Source: an uncultured virus (IMG/VR IMGVR_UViG_3300027714_000006) (taxonomy: Duplodnaviria; Heunggongvirae; Uroviricota; Caudoviricetes). From it: a stretch of DNA of 64,000 nucleotides. Each line of letters opens with the position of its first letter. The first letter of the stretch is position 1. The notes beneath the pieces were generated by a model. It was not told where the DNA came from and made no database searches. It was given only the letters and a program-made list of their open reading frames with translations. The stretch lies in the IMG/VR virus record IMGVR_UViG_3300027714_000006. One strand, written 5' to 3'. The translations under genes were made by a program, and so were the position numbers. Below are positions 10,865 through 20,045 of this stretch, piece by piece.

Positions 10865-13160
10865 ACTATTTATCACTAATGAATAAAATAATATAAAAAT
10901 ATGTCTTGGTACTGTCCCACAGAATTAACTTTAGCTAACCCAATACAAACACCTTATCCGTGTTGTGTCTTTGGGATAGCTCCAATTAATAATACAATTT
11001 ATGCTACACAACAATTGTGTCAAGATAATACGTCTTGTTGTAACAATGCCAACCAACCGGGTACAAGTAACTTAGACTCTTGTTGTGGTGGTTTAGACCA
11101 AGGTGAACCATGTAATTACTCTTATTGGTTAAGTCTATTACCATCAGCCAGAGACGCGATATGTCAATACTGTACCTCTTCAACACCAGGTCCACCTTGT
11201 GATTCGGAGGTTTCTTTATATTGTAGATGTTGTGATGGATGCAACCAAACTACAACAACCACAACAACAATAGTGGTAAATAGGGGTGTAAAAATGTGTC
11301 CACAATTTGGGACACTAGAATTTATGGCAACAGCAACAGGTGGACCAACCTTATATGCTATAGTATGGTCATACCCTATTGGTACAATCTTAGAATTGGA
11401 TGTGACTTATGTTAGCTTTTTCGATGGTAGTATTACTCACTATAGAGCTTGTTGGGAGATTATAGAATTTACAGCGAATTATGTATGTGCTGAAGCTGAC
11501 GGTACACTTATAAACCCTACCCCGGTAACGTGTAAGAGCTGTACTATTCCACCTGGTGATGTGTGTACCACTACAACCCTAACAACACAACCACCTAACC
11601 CATATTGGTGTGTGGAAAAGTGTTGTGACGGTTCAATCTATAGAGTAGAAGTGAACTTCCCGTATGATTGGACGGCTATCATATCTGGTATGGTTCCAGG
11701 AACGGTGTTTTTGGCTCAATCATGGAATAATTTAAATGGTACTGGGTTACAAGAATGTTATAAACTAATTGGTCCACCATGTAGTGGTTCTCCTTTAATT
11801 ACTTTGTCCCCACCAGTGTGGTCCACCCAACCAGGAGCTATTGATGGTTGTAATCTTTGTCTGACACAATATGAATGTAACCAAGTCGGGGATATATACC
11901 AATGGTTCCCACCAACCTTACCACCACCAGCTGGACAACCGGTTGATACTGGGATGAATGGTGATTTATGTCTTTGTACCACAACCTCAACCACGTCAAG
12001 TATATACGGTTGTACAGACCCAACAGCATGTAACTATGACCCAACCGCAATTATTGATGATGGTTCATGTATTTTACCTGACGGTTGTACAGATAGTCAA
12101 GCATGTAACTATGACCCAAATGCGATATGTGATGATGGTTCATGTGTAGCACTTGTATACGGTTGTATGGATGGTGGAAATTGTGTAGGGACAAATTGTC
12201 CAAATGCGGGCAGTTGTACTAACCCCACTGGTTGGTTTACGTCACCTTACCCTGGTTGTGAAGCATATAACTACTATGCTGGTGCTCAAATAGATTTAGG
12301 AACTTGTTTTGGTTATTGTAATTGTTTAGACCCAAATGGTGCTAATTATAATTTCACTGGAGAAATAGGTGTACCACCACCATCGTTACCCACTATGATA
12401 AATGGGCTTTATATTGATTGTGCTGGTGCATTACAAATGAATATTAATACTTTGCAATGGAATGGGAATGTTGGGGATACTTCTTGTTGTGGTGCTATAG
12501 TGACAACCACTACAACAGTATGTGTATTTGGATGTACAGACGCTACCTCATTCAATTATGACCCATCAGCTACTTGTGAGGACGGTTCTTGTATAGCTTT
12601 TATTTATGGTTGTATGGATGGTGGTTGTTGTACGACCGGTATAGCACCAGACCCACTTGTTGGTGATACTTGTACTGGTGGGTTCTTTGGTGTATATGGG
12701 TTGTGTCCAATGGGTGGGCCAAATGCACCTTCATATAATTCACCGATAGGTCCTCCTGGAGCATCGAATTATTATCCTGGAGCTAATTTAGATGATGGGA
12801 GTTGTTTGTAAAATAAGATTAATTAAAGTATTTATATAAAGATATGGCATGTAATTTAACAGGTATAACAATTAGTATGGGTGGTGGGGTATCACCTTAT
12901 AGTGTAAGTCTTTGTAACCAAGGATGTGAAACTGGGTGTAATAATGTAGCTACAACAAATTACGATTGTGTGTATTTTACAGCATGTTGTGGTACATACG
13001 GATTACAAATAATAGATGCTTCTGGATGTACAAGCTGTTCTGATTTGATAATCGATACTTGTTTTACTACTACTACGACCACAACCGCAGCTCCAGCTAC
13101 TACGACAACTACAACACAACCAGGTACCACAACGACAACAACATACTCACCACCAACAAC
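8765..13160 (+). repeat. Exact 26-nt linker repeat shared between two different genes (8765-8790 and 13135-13160)
   Basis: ACAACAACATACTCACCACCAACAAC at both sites. Confidence 0.85.
10901..12811 (+). CDS. Cys-rich/poly-Thr protein with GCTD...NYD...DDGSC repeats
   Basis: Repeats GCTDPTACNYDPTAIIDDGSC, GCTDSQACNYDPNAICDDGSC and GCTDATSFNYDPSATCEDGSC; TATTTAT at 10867. Confidence 0.75.
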   Translation: MSWYCPTELTLANPIQTPYPCCVFGIAPINNTIYATQQLCQDNTSCCNNANQPGTSNLDSCCGGLDQGEPCNYSYWLSLLPSARDAICQYCTSSTPGPPCDSEVSLYCRCCDGCNQTTTTTTTIVVNRGVKMCPQFGTLEFMATATGGPTLYAIVWSYPIGTILELDVTYVSFFDGSITHYRACWEIIEFTANYVCAEADGTLINPTPVTCKSCTIPPGDVCTTTTLTTQPPNPYWCVEKCCDGSIYRVEVNFPYDWTAIISGMVPGTVFLAQSWNNLNGTGLQECYKLIGPPCSGSPLITLSPPVWSTQPGAIDGCNLCLTQYECNQVGDIYQWFPPTLPPPAGQPVDTGMNGDLCLCTTTSTTSSIYGCTDPTACNYDPTAIIDDGSCILPDGCTDSQACNYDPNAICDDGSCVALVYGCMDGGNCVGTNCPNAGSCTNPTGWFTSPYPGCEAYNYYAGAQIDLGTCFGYCNCLDPNGANYNFTGEIGVPPPSLPTMINGLYIDCAGALQMNINTLQWNGNVGDTSCCGAIVTTTTTVCVFGCTDATSFNYDPSATCEDGSCIAFIYGCMDGGCCTTGIAPDPLVGDTCTGGFFGVYGLCPMGGPNAPSYNSPIGPPGASNYYPGANLDDGSCL

Positions 13161-14766
13161 TTCTACATTATTTAGACCATGTGATGGTCAAAGTGGGTGT
13201 ACACCTGGAAATATTATAACACCATCAATCGTAGGGGGTGGTGGTAGAATACAAATGACTATAAACGTCCAACCAACAGTCAGAGTTAAAGGAGCCACAA
13301 TATCTAGTGACCCTATATATTCTGGTTATACCGACTCTAACGGAATTGAACACCAATCCTATCATGATTATGTGGTAAACAAATATTCTGGTACATTCAC
13401 TTCCACAGGTCTAACATCTATGTACGTGGGACGAAAAATTACAAATAATGTGGATACTGAAATTTATTGTATTACTTTAAATGTAATAGAAAAGAAAAAC
13501 CTAAGTGAATTAAGTAATAGTGAATTATTGCCGTCAGAACTAGGAGGTATCCCAACAGATATATCAACTTCAAGTGAGATAGTATTACATTCTACATGTG
13601 TGTATGATAAAGCTTTAATACTAGCTGAAAGTACACAATGTAGTCCTAATTATGGTCCAGGTAATCTAGGTTATTGCAGTGGTAATATAACATCTATTAG
13701 TGTTCCTGCGTGTTCAGACCATGGTGTCGCTTATTATACACCTAGTAGTAACCAAAGAGCTATTCCTGGTGGTGTTAGTATTGGTACAACCTTAGTCCCA
13801 CCATCTATGGGTGGTTCGGGTAGTGGTACTTTAGGGTGGTTAGCCTACGATAATACCGATGATAAAATAGTTGGTGTGACTAATAATCATGTTATAGGTT
13901 ATAATTTTGCTTCAGCTGGGCTAAACGCGGACCCAATTAATTATCCTGGTATAGATTGTGGTTCTGCCGCTGGTGCAACTGCTAATGGTGGGTTACAAGG
14001 AGCAAATTGGTCAACAGGGTACGTAACACAACAACCTAGTTATCCTGATAATGGAAATTCAAGTGCGGGAGTACAGATGGGTTCAGTGAAAAGATTCCAC
14101 CCACTATGTTATAACTACACACAAAATAAAGTAGACGCTGCACTTATAGAATTAACAGAAGAGCCAACAACAACTATATTAGGTCTAGCTTGGGGACCAT
14201 ACCAACACGCTACAACAGCAGAAGTAAATGGGTTGGTGGGGAGTTATGTTTATAAAGTAGGTAGAAGTAGTGGTAACATCTTAAGTGTGAGTTATCCTGA
14301 CGTAGTAATAATAACAGTTAATGCTGCTAATATAAAATTAGGTAACCCTAATTTTATGTACGACCAACAAATATTATTCAAATCAGCTGGTGATGGTGAC
14401 CCATCTCCTGGTGTCGGAGGTGATTCCGGTGCAGCGATTTTATGTTGTGTAGGTGGAGCATTAAAAATAGTCGGAATTAATTTTGCTGGTAATTACCCAA
14501 GGTATATGTGTTGTGGAGCTTCATCTGGAGATATAAATAGTATTTGGCCTAATGGGTTTATTGGTATTGCCAATCGTATAGATGAGGTAGAATCTAAATT
14601 AAACATTTCTTCATGGGATGGTTCTTTAGTGGTAGCTCCTACCTCATCTAATTATATAAAAGTTAATGACAAGTGTTACTATAATGCAGGAAGTACTACC
14701 AGACCTATACAACACACTATAGACGCTTCTTACACGGATTGTGCGTCATGTAATTCTTCTATTTGA
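12844..14766 (+). CDS. Cys/Thr-rich protein with Nal1-like trypsin-fold serine protease
   Basis: Catalytic triad motifs GTLG...TNNHV (His 13888), VDAAL (Asp 14134) and GGDSGA (Ser 14425); Nal1-type N-domain VGRK...IEKK...LPSELGGIPTD; TATTTAT at 12829. Confidence 0.8.
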   Translation: MACNLTGITISMGGGVSPYSVSLCNQGCETGCNNVATTNYDCVYFTACCGTYGLQIIDASGCTSCSDLIIDTCFTTTTTTTAAPATTTTTTQPGTTTTTTYSPPTTSTLFRPCDGQSGCTPGNIITPSIVGGGGRIQMTINVQPTVRVKGATISSDPIYSGYTDSNGIEHQSYHDYVVNKYSGTFTSTGLTSMYVGRKITNNVDTEIYCITLNVIEKKNLSELSNSELLPSELGGIPTDISTSSEIVLHSTCVYDKALILAESTQCSPNYGPGNLGYCSGNITSISVPACSDHGVAYYTPSSNQRAIPGGVSIGTTLVPPSMGGSGSGTLGWLAYDNTDDKIVGVTNNHVIGYNFASAGLNADPINYPGIDCGSAAGATANGGLQGANWSTGYVTQQPSYPDNGNSSAGVQMGSVKRFHPLCYNYTQNKVDAALIELTEEPTTTILGLAWGPYQHATTAEVNGLVGSYVYKVGRSSGNILSVSYPDVVIITVNAANIKLGNPNFMYDQQILFKSAGDGDPSPGVGGDSGAAILCCVGGALKIVGINFAGNYPRYMCCGASSGDINSIWPNGFIGIANRIDEVESKLNISSWDGSLVVAPTSSNYIKVNDKCYYNAGSTTRPIQHTIDASYTDCASCNSSI

Positions 14767-14817
14767 TAATCCATTTACTATAGGTAAAAACAATTTAATT
14801 TTATATAAAAAATATAT

Positions 14818-15789
14818 ATGATTTTTATCTGTGCACAACCAGACGTACCATACTTTCATTGGCAAATAAGAATGTTATTCTTTAATTTTGAGAAATTTGG
14901 GATTATTAAAAAATGTAGAGCTATATTTGGTTTAATGAATGGAGCTCAAGAACCAAGTGAAGGGTTAAAAAAGTTACTAAGAGACTACCCTGATAATATT
15001 CATTTTTATAAAGATACTAGAACAAATAGGTCGTACATCCCAAGTATTAAACCACACTTAGTAAAACACTATTTAAAGGAATACCCACAAGATGGTAAGT
15101 GTATATTCTTAACTGATTCAGATATTTTATTTAGGAAACTACCGGATTTTGGGTCAATGTTACTTGATGATATAAGTTATGTTTCTGAATGTCCTGGTTA
15201 CATAGATTATAATTACATAAAAGGTTGTTGTGATAGGTATAAATCACAGCACCCACAACTAGGTGATATCGAATTATTGGAAGATATGGCAGATAAGGTT
15301 GGTGTATCAGTGGATGTAATAAAACAAAATAATAGTAAATCTGGGGGAGCACAATATCTTATAAAGGATACTGATTATCATTTTTGGCATAAGGTAGATA
15401 TTGATTGTAATAGGATATATGACGCTACTAAGAAGTTTGGGGACAAACACCCAATTCCCGCTCACATACAATTCTGGACTGCGGAAATGTGGTCCATATT
15501 ATGGAATATGTGGTATTTTGAAAAAGAAACAGCTTTACACCCTGAATTGGCTTTTAGTTGGGCCACTGACCCAGTTTCTAGATATGAAGAAAAAAACATA
15601 TTTCATTTAGCTGGAATACTAGATGAGATGAAAGGAGAAAAGTTTTATAAGGGTGAATTTATTAATAAATGTCCATTCACAGAGTACAAAAATAACCCAG
15701 AAAAGTTCCAAAATTACTCACCAGATTTCGGTGCAATAAAATATGTAGAAGAAATAAAGCGATTCGTTGAGTCGAAACGACCTTACTGA
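14818..15789 (+). CDS. GT-A fold glycosyltransferase, HPAT/SERGT1-like (putative protein O-glycosyltransferase)
   Basis: Motifs YIPSIKPHLVKHYL, IFLTDSDILF (DxD), GGAQYLI, WTAEMWS and IFHLAG occur in the order seen in peptidyl-Ser galactosyltransferase and Hyp arabinosyltransferase families. Confidence 0.7.
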   Translation: MIFICAQPDVPYFHWQIRMLFFNFEKFGIIKKCRAIFGLMNGAQEPSEGLKKLLRDYPDNIHFYKDTRTNRSYIPSIKPHLVKHYLKEYPQDGKCIFLTDSDILFRKLPDFGSMLLDDISYVSECPGYIDYNYIKGCCDRYKSQHPQLGDIELLEDMADKVGVSVDVIKQNNSKSGGAQYLIKDTDYHFWHKVDIDCNRIYDATKKFGDKHPIPAHIQFWTAEMWSILWNMWYFEKETALHPELAFSWATDPVSRYEEKNIFHLAGILDEMKGEKFYKGEFINKCPFTEYKNNPEKFQNYSPDFGAIKYVEEIKRFVESKRPY

Positions 15790-15818
15790 TTATTTATATA
15801 TAAATAAATAATTACTTT

Positions 15819-18800
15819 ATGGCCTATACAGGTAACGTACATGTTTCACTATATGCTAATCCAGATTACTGTAATCCGGGGGCTATATGGGCATCAGACC
15901 AAGAAAACCCACTACAACCAGGGGGTTCACTGACTTATATTTACAATAATGCTAGTAACGCATTTGGGTACCAACCACCATTTTTCGATGAAGGATATTA
16001 CTTTATTGGTGATACAATAAAAATGTCTGGTGATACTGGAGGTGATGGTGGACTATATGTTTCCGCGGCAAATTGGAATACACTTAGGTTCGGTCAACCA
16101 GCACACTCCCAATTTGACCACGCAATACGTACCATGCATTGGTTAAAGGCCTGTGAGTATACTAATGGTTCCGCGTTTACCCACACGTTATCTGGGGTTA
16201 CAAGTGGTGGTACCGGACCATATACTTACGAATGGGAACAACAAGCTTACCCATATACTGGAACTACTTTTAATCTAGCTACATTTGGTACCGCATACAC
16301 TTCTAGTGATTCTTGGGGTGGTTACAGTGGTCAATCATACCAATTTGTTGGTACAGGGGATACCGTGTACGGATTTTTTGATAATACATACGCACAAACT
16401 TACAAAGGACCATCAAGGGTCAAATTAACTGTTACCGATTTTACTGGGGGTACAGCTAGTACGTTTATGTCCTTAAGTTCTGGATGTACAACAATGCCAT
16501 GGTCAGCGGTAACAACAACCACAACAACCTCACCTCCGATAACAGGATATTGTTATACGATGAGAAATTGTTCAGCGAACGGTAATGTCGTACAATTTGA
16601 CCAGATTTTATCAGCATCCACACTATTAGGTGGGAGTTATTACGAGGTCTTATCACCACCAAACTCTAATGGTATAGAACACTGTAGACAAATTATTAGT
16701 GGTTGTGGGCAAACTATAGGTTCTAACATCCAAGGGTTGGTGATTAATGGTCCTTTTAGTGGGTGCTGTGACCCTACATCTAGTGGGGTGTGTTCGGATT
16801 TGTGTCCAACAACTACAACCACGACATACAACCCCCACCTCACCACAACAACAAGTTCTACCACATTAGTACCAACAACCACAACTACAACAACATGTAA
16901 ATTATTGTATAAGGTAGAACCATGTGTAAGTACAGGTGGGACGATTACAGTCGTTCTAACGGGTTCATCTTGTTTAGACATAACATTATCCGCTGACAGC
17001 TATTATCGTTTAGAGTCGGGATGGCCTGACTGTTCTACGGATTGTTATAGGGTAATTAGTGGGACAACCGGTTGGGGAGGTAGCCAAGCTACCATAATTG
17101 CTGGTGTATTTAGTTCTTGTACTCATTGTGACCAAGGATGGATAGGGGAAACAACAACGACAACAACCGCTTGGCCACCATTTACAACCACAACAACTTC
17201 ACCAGTTACAGAAACTACAACTTGTAGTTATTATGAATCTGACGTTACAGTGCATGTGGTAACACAAAGTGCAAGGACAGCTAATGACGTAATGAATATA
17301 TGGTCCATACTACCAAGTGGATTAACACATAGTCCGTACGATTATGACTGTCGTTTAAAATTAAAACCAGTTACTGGTTATAGTAGTTATAATATTAATT
17401 ACAGTATAACTAGTGCTACTGGTAGTTGTGAAGGTTATTATAATGAATTAAATGGTGGGTTCTATCAAGGATTCTACAAATTACAAGGTTACCCATATGA
17501 GGTACTACCAACAAGAGTGGAGTGTGGATGGACGGTGGAAACCATTATTAGGCCTAGGTGTAATAATATATGTGATGGGTACACATTAAATGATTTGTTC
17601 CCAGAAAATAAAGGGATATTCTTTTATATGGGTACAAGAGCTGAGAATAAATTTAGGATACCCTATTCTGGAGAAAATTGTATAGAAACTTGTGAACCGT
17701 CTTGTTCCGGTGATTCTATAACACTACAAACTGCGGGATGTAGTACCCATACTGATAACTGTGGGAACGTACATGAAGATTGTGTTTCAGCTTCAACGTA
17801 CCCTTACTATGTTGATTGTTGTAGTAATAATTTTGCTCTAATGTTAAGTGGTGATTGTGAAACAGGTTATAGGGTGGGATATAGGGCTTTATATTTCTCT
17901 GGTGGTTGTGTTGTTACGGGAACTACCGACGAAACAATACATTACGATAGATGTGGTCACCCATATAAAGTAGGTTCTGGTAACCCTAATTGTGGTACAG
18001 CTTTTACCTACATAACAGCATGTACTGTAGTAAATCGTTTTAGTGATGATATTATATGTGATTTTACCGGACAAACAGAAGCACCTTGGCTTTACGTTAG
18101 TGCTGTATTTGAAAGAGACTATTGTTGGGATTGTTGTGATTTAGAAAATAAAGGTGGTGTAAATGATTTAATACACGAACCGATACCTGGAGTAGATTCG
18201 GTATTTGGGTATAATGATATAGAACTACCTACCTATTTAAATTTTACAAAAAAATGGGTACAGGAAAAGAAATTTAGAATGGGTACATTAACAATTTATG
18301 TTAATGGTAGACCAGTTTTCGTGGATAGAAATTTTGAAGAAGTGATACCAAGACAACTTAATACAGCAAATCAATTACAAGTTGGGGTACCATTTAATAT
18401 TAGTTGGGGTGGTGGTTCACAAGGTTTATTAGAATCTTTTAGGTTTGATGGTTGTGATGGTTGTGATATAATTGTGGATTCCGAGGTAGATTGTATAACA
18501 GAAAATTTTGCAGGGACATTTATGGGGGCAATATCACAGTTTAGGTATTATTTAAAACCTTTAGGTGTGGATGAAATACAACATAATTTCTTAGTAGAAA
18601 AAGATAGATATGGTCTTATAGACTGTCAGTGTGGTGAAACACCGTGTAACCAAGGAAGAGCGGTATACTATACTGAAGGTGATTCTGTTGACGTAATGTT
18701 AAACTTTCCAGTACCAACAACAGTCTTAGATTTTGATGGATTTGACACTTATATAGACGTTACGAAGCATGAAGGTATTAAATTTAAATCGATTTTAGTG

Positions 18801-18974
18801 GACAATGTAAGTGCATTTACCATCAAGAGATACCCCAATTCGGTAATTACTGATGTTATAGTAGAAACTTTACCGTTCTGCGTTGGGCCAAACGATATAG
18901 TGCAAATAATTATTAATAGAGTAGACACCAATAAAAAAGCGAGTGCTACATTAATAGGTAACCTATATAAGTAA
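15819..18974 (+). CDS. Cys/Thr-rich virion protein with C-terminal LamG/ConA-like domain
   Basis: N-terminal PKD/SprB-like GGTGPYTYEW; poly-Thr-linked Cys modules; C-terminal TIYVNG...FMGAISQFRYYLKPL...EIQHNF; TATTTAT at 15791. Confidence 0.65.
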   Translation: MAYTGNVHVSLYANPDYCNPGAIWASDQENPLQPGGSLTYIYNNASNAFGYQPPFFDEGYYFIGDTIKMSGDTGGDGGLYVSAANWNTLRFGQPAHSQFDHAIRTMHWLKACEYTNGSAFTHTLSGVTSGGTGPYTYEWEQQAYPYTGTTFNLATFGTAYTSSDSWGGYSGQSYQFVGTGDTVYGFFDNTYAQTYKGPSRVKLTVTDFTGGTASTFMSLSSGCTTMPWSAVTTTTTTSPPITGYCYTMRNCSANGNVVQFDQILSASTLLGGSYYEVLSPPNSNGIEHCRQIISGCGQTIGSNIQGLVINGPFSGCCDPTSSGVCSDLCPTTTTTTYNPHLTTTTSSTTLVPTTTTTTTCKLLYKVEPCVSTGGTITVVLTGSSCLDITLSADSYYRLESGWPDCSTDCYRVISGTTGWGGSQATIIAGVFSSCTHCDQGWIGETTTTTTAWPPFTTTTTSPVTETTTCSYYESDVTVHVVTQSARTANDVMNIWSILPSGLTHSPYDYDCRLKLKPVTGYSSYNINYSITSATGSCEGYYNELNGGFYQGFYKLQGYPYEVLPTRVECGWTVETIIRPRCNNICDGYTLNDLFPENKGIFFYMGTRAENKFRIPYSGENCIETCEPSCSGDSITLQTAGCSTHTDNCGNVHEDCVSASTYPYYVDCCSNNFALMLSGDCETGYRVGYRALYFSGGCVVTGTTDETIHYDRCGHPYKVGSGNPNCGTAFTYITACTVVNRFSDDIICDFTGQTEAPWLYVSAVFERDYCWDCCDLENKGGVNDLIHEPIPGVDSVFGYNDIELPTYLNFTKKWVQEKKFRMGTLTIYVNGRPVFVDRNFEEVIPRQLNTANQLQVGVPFNISWGGGSQGLLESFRFDGCDGCDIIVDSEVDCITENFAGTFMGAISQFRYYLKPLGVDEIQHNFLVEKDRYGLIDCQCGETPCNQGRAVYYTEGDSVDVMLNFPVPTTVLDFDGFDTYIDVTKHEGIKFKSILVDNVSAFTIKRYPNSVITDVIVETLPFCVGPNDIVQIIINRVDTNKKASATLIGNLYK

Positions 18975-19264
18975 TGAGTTGTAATTGTAAAAATATAATA
19001 GAAGTTTTCCAAGGTGGGGACATACCCCTACCAACTACTTTCTATTCTAGCGTGACGTTAACTCAGTTATGTCACACTGTAGCGGGAACTAAAGACTTAC
19101 TAAAAATGTTAAGTCTAGGAGCTCACCCATCCCCACTCAAAGTTGGGGACACCTATTGCATCTTTGAAAACATGCAAACATTTCATGCGGATGAATATAT
19201 AAATCAAGGTGGTACTTTAGGTATAGATGGTGAACTAGTACTTTACGGAACAGACTTTGTATAA
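18974..19264 (+). CDS. Hypothetical small virion-associated protein
   Basis: 96-aa ORF translationally coupled (TAATG) to the upstream gene. Confidence 0.6.
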   Translation: MSCNCKNIIEVFQGGDIPLPTTFYSSVTLTQLCHTVAGTKDLLKMLSLGAHPSPLKVGDTYCIFENMQTFHADEYINQGGTLGIDGELVLYGTDFV

Positions 19265-19283
19265 AAAATAAAAATAAGAAAAA

Positions 19284-20033
19284 ATGCCAGCAATTATTAG
19301 AATCAAAAAAGAAGACCCTAGTGGTATAACAACACCACCTAGTGGCAACGCTACTATAATGGTAGGGTTTGACGTAGTATCAGGAATAGACTATAATGAC
19401 CATATAACACTTAAACTTGATAATGGTACGTTAAAACGTGCAGGTCAATGGTTAATAGAAGATGATATAACAAATTCAGCTGGATTACCATTTGCTGGTA
19501 ATGTTGATTTTAATGGGAATGTTACCATAGGTAATAGTTCTAGTGATAATTTAGCGGTTAGTGCGACATCAAGATTCGCTGAATACGCTACATTTGGTAA
19601 AGGGATATACGTCCAAAATGATATCGTACATTTGGGTGATACTGATACTAAAATAGCTTTTTCCACTAATTCTATTAATTTTTCTGCTGGTAATAAAACA
19701 CACCTAACTCTTACAACAACAGCGATAGAAGCTAATAAAGATAATTTAGATATAGATTTTGTCATTAGAACTATAAACAGTAATGATACGTTTTATGTTG
19801 ATGCCGCTAACGACAGTGTCGGTATAGGGACATCATCACCTGGAGTTACTAGTATACTGGATGTTTCGTCTACAACAAAAGGAATGTCAGTACCTAGAAT
19901 GACTACGGCTCAAATGAACTCAATAGTAGGCCCAACAGCGGGGATGGTTGTTTATGCAACAGATGGTGGTACCGGTAACGGTAAATTAATGATTAAAACT
20001 TCGGCATCTTGGGAGACAATAACATCTAGTTAA
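19284..20033 (+). CDS. Tail-fibre-like protein
   Basis: beta-rich fibre motifs VGIGTSSP, LDVSSTTKGMSVPRMTTAQ and GMVVYATD, as seen in Bacteroidota and phage fibre proteins. Confidence 0.65.
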   Translation: MPAIIRIKKEDPSGITTPPSGNATIMVGFDVVSGIDYNDHITLKLDNGTLKRAGQWLIEDDITNSAGLPFAGNVDFNGNVTIGNSSSDNLAVSATSRFAEYATFGKGIYVQNDIVHLGDTDTKIAFSTNSINFSAGNKTHLTLTTTAIEANKDNLDIDFVIRTINSNDTFYVDAANDSVGIGTSSPGVTSILDVSSTTKGMSVPRMTTAQMNSIVGPTAGMVVYATDGGTGNGKLMIKTSASWETITSS

Positions 20034-20045
20034 TAATAAATAATA

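Noticed and set aside
500..17220. ACA/ACC/ACT-rich repeats as a CRISPR array or non-coding satellite
   Set aside because: They are in-frame Thr codons with synonymous variation and irregular spacing; there is no constant repeat-spacer period and no cas genes.
3..18974. Eukaryotic mucin or giant-virus origin, or contamination
   Set aside because: There are no introns or signal peptides, the genes share the TATTTAT motif with the phage tail genes, and they are contiguous with a myovirus module.
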